From positions 25,916,001 through 25,980,000 of the forward strand of contig OZ116702.1 of assembly GCA_964199315.1 (NCBI GenBank): 64,000 bases of DNA, written 5' to 3'. This stretch comes from Orbicella franksi (taxonomy: Eukaryota). The notes under the pieces were generated by a model. That model did not search any database and was not told the DNA's origin. It was given only the letters and a program-made list of their open reading frames with translations. Position numbers and translations under genes: made by a program. Below, piece after piece: positions 63,523-64,000 of the stretch (the first letter of the stretch is position 1; each line of letters begins with the position of its first letter).

Positions 63523-64000
63523 CTATTAATTATATAGGATCCAAAAACAGATGAACAAGGCAAATATTTTATCCTCTATAGTACAGTATTTCTCACTTCG
63601 CTTCCCTCAGCACGTCACAGGTCAAACACTTTAACCCAGGTTTTTTGCTTCTTTGAGTGTTCTCGTTCTGATTATTCTCCCTCATCTCGAGTAAATCAGT
63701 AGCATCTATCTAGCTGAAGATTCCATTTGAAAGTTTAGACGTCAAAAAAGTGGAAAGAAAAGTCGGCAAATTCCGCCATTATCAAAACATAAGAAAACTT
63801 AGCGAAGACGTTTGATGGCAGTGAGAACAGCTGCAACCTGATTGGCCAATACTCGGTTCTTTTATTTATCTTGACATTTCATTGGCTGATGGAAAGTATC
63901 CAGATTTTTCTCAAATTGGACAGTTTGTTCAAAGCTAAATAAACGTTCGAGCAAAAACTATCCAATTTATTTTAAATTTGGACAGTTTGCAAAAATTAAT

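Larger units (their letters stand above)
52332..63675 (+). repeat. Tandem segmental duplication, unit 2
   Basis: Starts aaaatgtgattcgagccaaaactcg, as at 40661. Homology ends after ttctcgttctgattatt. Confidence 0.95.

Overview
Eukaryotic, AT-rich, repeat-dense animal DNA, probably an anthozoan cnidarian such as a stony coral (inferred from gene and repeat content; not provable from this window). (1) Bases 105-39550, minus strand: one very large multi-exon extracellular-protein gene, incomplete at both ends. It has 80 tandem calcium-binding (cb)EGF units, each on its own phase 1-1 exon of 117-129 nt. Of these, 75 look canonical, 2 have a CG in place of the acceptor AG, and 3 are decayed pseudo-exons. 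These are followed by a VWA exon with a degenerate MIDAS, 2 more EGF exons, and a complete ZP-N/ZP-C module with an RHRR furin site and an external hydrophobic patch. About 3700 aa are encoded inside the window. The EGF array is built from higher-order exon cassettes (a triplet seen 9 times and a separate pair/triplet family) and shows ongoing exon birth and death. (2) About 40661-63675: an ~11.67 kb tandem duplication. Each copy carries an intact intronless class A GPCR (331 aa), a near-full-length but ORF2-dead L1/Tx1-clade LINE with intact ORF1, a truncated GPCR paralog fused to a copy of the GPCR upstream region, and MITEs. Identity between the copies is strongly mosaic. (3) Many intronic MITEs, SINEs and microsatellites. 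No rRNA, true tRNA, CRISPR or prokaryotic features were found. Exon coordinates were read by hand from the GT/AG boundaries and may be off by a few bases.
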